A DNA stretch of 64,000 nucleotides from Candidatus Bathyarchaeia archaeon (GTDB lineage Archaea > Thermoproteota > Bathyarchaeia > Bathyarchaeales > Bathycorpusculaceae): NCBI GenBank assembly GCA_049516875.1, contig JBEKSS010000001.1, positions 384,001-448,000 of the forward strand. Reading direction: 5' to 3'. The position numbers and the translations under genes were made by a program. The notes beneath the pieces were generated by a model. It had not been told where the DNA came from, did not search any database, and saw only the letters and a list, made by a program, of their open reading frames with translations. Below are positions 59,920 through 64,000 of the stretch, piece by piece. Every line of letters begins with the position of its first letter. Position 1 is the stretch's first letter.

Positions 59920-60295
59920 GTTGCCACGTGGCAAGTGTCCAACCGTTTGTCAAAAATGAGAAAATTCGCTGACGGTCAGTCAATAATGAAATTGCCGAAA
60001 AAGACTGTAACACGCCCACGTTTCTTGAAAAAATTTTATTACACCTTGCGGTTCCGAGTCCCCTCAGAAAATTCGAAAAAGGGAGGGGATTGAGGGATAT
60101 GGAACATTCGCGTTACAATGTGCGCAATTCATTAATCCTCATTAACAAATATTTAATGAGATGAATTTTTATATTTTCTCCGAAAATTGTGACTCGCCCC
60201 ACGTCATCATCAAAATCGAATTTCAGACATCCATGCTGAGCGTATCTGAATTGACCGATTTGAGCAGGACGGTTAGGCACTTGCCACATGGCAAC
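59920..60295. repeat. Inverted repeats with palindromic cores flanking an AT-rich segment (candidate origin)
   Basis: 59920-59946 versus the reverse complement of 60269-60295 is 24/27; cores TTGCCACGTGGCAA and TTGCCACATGGCAA. Confidence 0.8.
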
Positions 60296-60405
60296 CGCCC
60301 CACCGTTCAAAAATTCAACGATTTTTCTGGAGACGCCCTTCAACCCCACATCTCTTTCAGAAAAACCCCTCATACATCCCTTACTACCATGAAAAACAAC
60401 AGGGC

Positions 60406-60424
60406 CTCTAGGGTATCTGAGGCA
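60406..60424 (+). repeat. attR core (19 bp)
   Basis: CTCTAGGGTATCTGAGGCA = D guide, D box and 3' stem of the sRNA. Confidence 0.95.
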
Positions 60425-60456
60425 GAAAAAGATTCCAACACCTCAAGAAGCGCGCG

Positions 60457-60696
60457 TCATGAAATGACTTTGCTCTTAATGAGATACCATATGAGTACTA
60501 GGCCTATTATTAGCGAAACAAATCCGCCGGCGAAAGAAAAGAAGATGCCTCGCTTGAGAAAACTAGATGCTATATAAACCACGTAGGGCGCACCGAAAGT
60601 GAACAGTCCTGCGAGGATGATCAATAGTAATTTCCAATACTTTGAGTTCATCATTCCAGTTCGGGTCTCTTTAGTTTCTTTAGCCATGCATTTCAC
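60457..60696 (-). CDS. Small two-TM membrane protein
   Basis: Two hydrophobic helices; downstream of the PAC2 gene. Confidence 0.7.
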   Translation of the reverse strand: MKCMAKETKETRTGMMNSKYWKLLLIILAGLFTFGAPYVVYIASSFLKRGIFFSFAGGFVSLIIGLVLIWYLIKSKVIS

Positions 60697-60729
60697 ATTC
60701 CGACGGGTATCTAAATTTCACGTTTTCTC

Positions 60730-61374
60730 TTATAACCCTTCCTTCACTTCGTTGCCTAGGGCTTTCATTAAGAATTTGAACACGGAAAAACCAGCTCCGC
60801 GATCCGCCTTAAAACCCGTTGTTGCCCCCAACAGACATATGCCCTCCAACCCACGTTCCTTCGCAAGAGCCAACGTTAAACCTGTGGCCCCGACTATCCT
60901 GCCCTTGCTGTAGATCACTGCACCTTTTTCCATAAACTCCAAGGCAAGCCGAGGCGAAGTAGCTGCCACATACACCTGCGACTTTTCTTCGGTCATGGGC
61001 ACACCACCAACCGTTACAAGAAAACTGCAACCTTGTTTCTCAACAAAATCCAATGTTTCACCGCAGAGTGCGTAGTGGGCGGCAATATCGTCAAAAGAGG
61101 GCTGCGTGTCTCCAGTCATTATGATGAAATCGTTTTTCTCCATGGGCGCGGCATAAAACTCGTAGCGGGGCAAACGGCAAATTCCCTTTGAATTGACTGA
61201 AACATAATCAGGGAAATAAGGTGAATACAACTCCGCAAAGGGTTTTGCACTGCAGAATTTCAGCAAAAGATAAGCTGCAATCTTCCCGACGTTTCCGAAG
61301 CCAGGCAGACCCTGGACAAAAACTGGATTCTCGAGGACCGGACTGGAAATTCGACGAAAATAGGGCGTTTCCAA
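60730..61374 (-). CDS. PAC2 (proteasome assembly chaperone) family protein
   Basis: FVQGLPGFGNVGKIAA, TGDTQP, IVGATG, GICLLG.T...DR. Confidence 0.9.
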   Translation of the reverse strand: METPYFRRISSPVLENPVFVQGLPGFGNVGKIAAYLLLKFCSAKPFAELYSPYFPDYVSVNSKGICRLPRYEFYAAPMEKNDFIIMTGDTQPSFDDIAAHYALCGETLDFVEKQGCSFLVTVGGVPMTEEKSQVYVAATSPRLALEFMEKGAVIYSKGRIVGATGLTLALAKERGLEGICLLGATTGFKADRGAGFSVFKFLMKALGNEVKEGL

Positions 61375-61667
61375 TCTAACTCACACCAACATCAATACGT
61401 AAACAGTGTAAGCCTAAAACGTTTCCTTCCCCACAATGGCCATCGCAAATTGCTGTTGATGCTCCCTAAACCCAAAGAGCTTGTCAAATCCCTCAACGAA
61501 ATAGAGGATTTCAGGAGTGAAGAATTCCAGAGCATCTGCCAAAAATAGTCATTTGATCTAAAACACAGAAACGCTTCTTGTATGTGTATGGTCATACACA
61601 CAAACCATTAACTCAACCCTGAAATCAAAATCGTTTGCCATAACAAGACACTGAAAAAGGAACGGAC

Positions 61668-61967
61668 ATGCAAGTGAGAAAACTAAGATACGAAATCTTG
61701 CTGGGGGTAGCTTTGATGTGCGTTTCTGTATTGTCAATAATTTGGGTTTACAGCATGGTTTATGCCGCGTCTGAAATTGGAACCATGGAACGCAAAGATA
61801 TGAAGCAATGGTCCCTGGTTCTCGTACTCCTGAGCGTAACCACCTTATTCATAGGAAGTGTAGGCGGATACCTCATCGGCAAATATCTGCATGTTCCACA
61901 CGGCCAATCGGAATTTTCAGGCATAACCAACCAAAATGCCGGTGCAGAAGCAAAACGACAACCCTAG
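61668..61967 (+). CDS. Small two-TM membrane protein
   Basis: Two hydrophobic helices. Confidence 0.65.
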   Translation: MQVRKLRYEILLGVALMCVSVLSIIWVYSMVYAASEIGTMERKDMKQWSLVLVLLSVTTLFIGSVGGYLIGKYLHVPHGQSEFSGITNQNAGAEAKRQP

Positions 61968-62160
61968 TATGGCCCTAGTCAAAACCGTGAGAAAGAGTAT
62001 TTCAACAAGCAACACTTGAATATCCCGAAGCCTCGTCTAAATCTCCCAGATGATCTAATCGTCTGCTATTCTCATCCTTCAACTTCGTACAATCAGAAAC
62101 CTCAATTCCTATCTGTAATTCATAACCGTTTTATGCGAACATCAGCTAGATCAATTCCTA

Positions 62161-63846
62161 TTGAATCTGCCTCGGGGACGTCTGTCGTTGCCGGCCAAGG
62201 ATTACGAAAGACTCCTACTTGATTCCATCGATGAAGCATTATCTTCAATGGAAGAAAACCTGAAGAAAGTGACTTATGCTCAATTGGAAAGCCTCGGCGT
62301 CCCAAAGTATGAAATTCCCCGCAATGTCGGAGCGTTCACAAGAGTCATTGAAACAGTTTTTGGGGCAGGCGCTGATGATATCAAGATCTTAATACTGAAG
62401 CGACTTTATGAAAAGAATGGATGGCCTTTCAGAAGGATAGAGTTTGATGAGCTAACATTTTCGGAACAGCTCGAGCGTGCGTGTGGGAGACTGTATTCGG
62501 AGATCATCAGCAATATACAGAGTCCTGTGGCCGTCTTTCATCTTGAAGATATTAGTCATCCAAGTTCGCTCAGGCTTATCGCTATTAACGCTAGTGGAGC
62601 AAGAACAACTGGAGTGAATGCAGAGAACACTATCGGAAAAACTATTATCGAAGTGTACCCCGAGATTTTCGGGACCGACGTCCAAAATACCATTGTGGAG
62701 GTAATTCGCTCAGGAAGGACAAAGAATCTGGGAAGGTTTCAACGCCGAACTGGGCACGATCTGGAGAACAATCTTTCTGCCACAGCTTTTCCGTTCTCGA
62801 GTAATTGCGTAGGTTTGGTTTTCAAGCAAGCCGCAGAGCGTGACGCAATCGACACAAAATCGACTGAGGACGAAAAGCGTTTCGAAGATGATACGTCAGG
62901 TGTAGGCGAGTGGAGATGGGAATCGGACACTTTGGGACGACAAATCTCCGCTGATCGATCACATGCACGAGAGAGGTGGACTCGGAAGGAGATTACACAC
63001 GAACCACACCGCGCCGACTATTTTTCGATAAGGGGAAAAGAATACTTAGAAAGCGGGAATTTGCTCAAGGCCAGAGAGTTCTTCCGACAAGCTGAAGACA
63101 TGTACCAAAGATCAAACGAAACTGAAGACGCATTTAAGAATGCATCCTTCCGCATTAGAACGTACATTTTTGAAGAAAAAATAGCCTTGCAAGAGTACTT
63201 TGAAGCTGTGGAGGAGTATGCTCATAAGTACGCAGATCTTTCTATGCATGAAAATTTCATAGAAAATCTTGCCTACTACCGACAATGGAAAGGTTACAAA
63301 TACGACGAAGAACACAGATTTGAGGATGCGAGAGCATCCTATGCAGAAGCAGAAGAAATGTTCTTGGCATTGAAGCAAAGGAACAGAGCACTCTTCAATG
63401 CATCTCGACGCGTTTTAACTTACAAGAGTGAGAATATGATGGAGATGTATGAAAAATGGGCGGAGGAGTTCTTCGACGAATACAGCGAATTCTCAGAAAC
63501 CAAATATTGCAAAGAAGTGCGTGCCTGCTATTACTCCTATAAGGCTGACAAGTCCAGCGACCCCCCTAAAACCATGGAGTTTCGAACCGAGGCTGAAAGA
63601 CTATTCTTGGAAATCAATCAGAGAGAACCAGCGTTTGAGAATGCATGCAAGCTTCTTGATTTGTACTGGGAGAACATCTCTTCCAAAGATGAACAACTAA
63701 CCCAAAGATGCTTAGATGCAACCGAAAGATTTCTCGGGAAATATATAGATTTCTCGGAACATGAATACTACCGAAAGAGAATGGCTGAGTATTACCTTTT
63801 GCAAGCTCGGACGCTTGCTTCACAGTTGAAGCAGGTCTTACGCTAG
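62161..63846 (+). CDS. NitrOD5-like domain + PAS + TPR-like signalling protein
   Basis: LLLDSIDEALSSM...EIP...IETVFGAGA; PAS-like INASG...IGKTIIEVYPE; repeated AE..F/Y...NA helical units. Confidence 0.7.
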   Translation: MNLPRGRLSLPAKDYERLLLDSIDEALSSMEENLKKVTYAQLESLGVPKYEIPRNVGAFTRVIETVFGAGADDIKILILKRLYEKNGWPFRRIEFDELTFSEQLERACGRLYSEIISNIQSPVAVFHLEDISHPSSLRLIAINASGARTTGVNAENTIGKTIIEVYPEIFGTDVQNTIVEVIRSGRTKNLGRFQRRTGHDLENNLSATAFPFSSNCVGLVFKQAAERDAIDTKSTEDEKRFEDDTSGVGEWRWESDTLGRQISADRSHARERWTRKEITHEPHRADYFSIRGKEYLESGNLLKAREFFRQAEDMYQRSNETEDAFKNASFRIRTYIFEEKIALQEYFEAVEEYAHKYADLSMHENFIENLAYYRQWKGYKYDEEHRFEDARASYAEAEEMFLALKQRNRALFNASRRVLTYKSENMMEMYEKWAEEFFDEYSEFSETKYCKEVRACYYSYKADKSSDPPKTMEFRTEAERLFLEINQREPAFENACKLLDLYWENISSKDEQLTQRCLDATERFLGKYIDFSEHEYYRKRMAEYYLLQARTLASQLKQVLR

Positions 63847-63894
63847 CTGAGCCTATAACCTGGATTTTTTCTGTCGATACAATCTCAATCGCGC

Positions 63895-63999
63895 TTATGG
63901 CGTTAGTATTTGCTGAAGATTTCCAAAGGCTCCGCCAAAGGATATATTCATAAGTGTTTGAGCACCAATCCACGCTGCACCGCTTAATAGAAGCAGGAT
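63895..63999 (-). CDS. 3' end of a membrane protein entering from the right edge
   Basis: ILLLLSGAAWIGAQTLMNISFGGAFGNLQQILTP*. Confidence 0.5.
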   Translation of the reverse strand: MLLLLSGAAWIGAQTLMNISFGGAFGNLQQILTP

Positions 64000-64000
64000 T

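Larger units (their letters stand above)
44843..60424. mobile_element. Integrated element (provirus, satellite or integrative plasmid), 15.6 kb
   Basis: 19-bp terminal direct repeats, adjacent integrase, MCM-like gene, genetic switch, host genes on both sides. Confidence 0.92.

Noticed and set aside
59908-60577. ORFs 59908-60093, 60113-60373 and 60161-60577
   Set aside because: The shared VAxWQVxNR merely reflects the DNA inverted repeat, and one ORF crosses attR; likely non-coding

Overview
Archaeal chromosomal window, most likely Bathyarchaeia/TACK (inference from arcadin-1-like, TrpB2, FEN1/Zn-ribbon/EF-1beta/CDC48, PAC2 and a NitrOD5-like PAS protein). The backbone is housekeeping (pyrF, GMP synthase B, rtcA, trm5, glmS, pcm, trpB2, fen, cdc48, GGR, pth2, truD, amrS). 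Main observations: (1) pcm is split by a 32-nt insertion (26463-26494) that folds into a bulge-helix-bulge (BHB) motif, and canonical cleavage restores SAPHMV in frame, i.e. a candidate pre-mRNA intron outside cbf5. (2) A 15.6-kb integrated element (44843-60424) with tyrosine integrase, divergent MCM-like helicase, beta-rich putative virion proteins and a HEPN protein; its 19-bp att core is the 3' half of a predicted box C/D sRNA, not a tRNA. (3) An unassigned, highly paired, pseudoknotted candidate ncRNA of about 330 nt downstream of truD. (4) A 7.1-kb island (12721-19801) with NuoEFG/HydABC-like genes plus an FMN glutamate-synthase domain, inserted in an ABC-ATPase gene with a 10-bp duplication and no transposase. 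(5) A 1.5-kb module flanked by a duplicated rtcA promoter. (6) GCGCGC motifs recurring right after stop codons and at the break points of gene remnants. Several genes carry nonsense or frameshift lesions (real decay or consensus error). I saw no tRNA, rRNA or CRISPR array. All calls are by eye; no searches were run.
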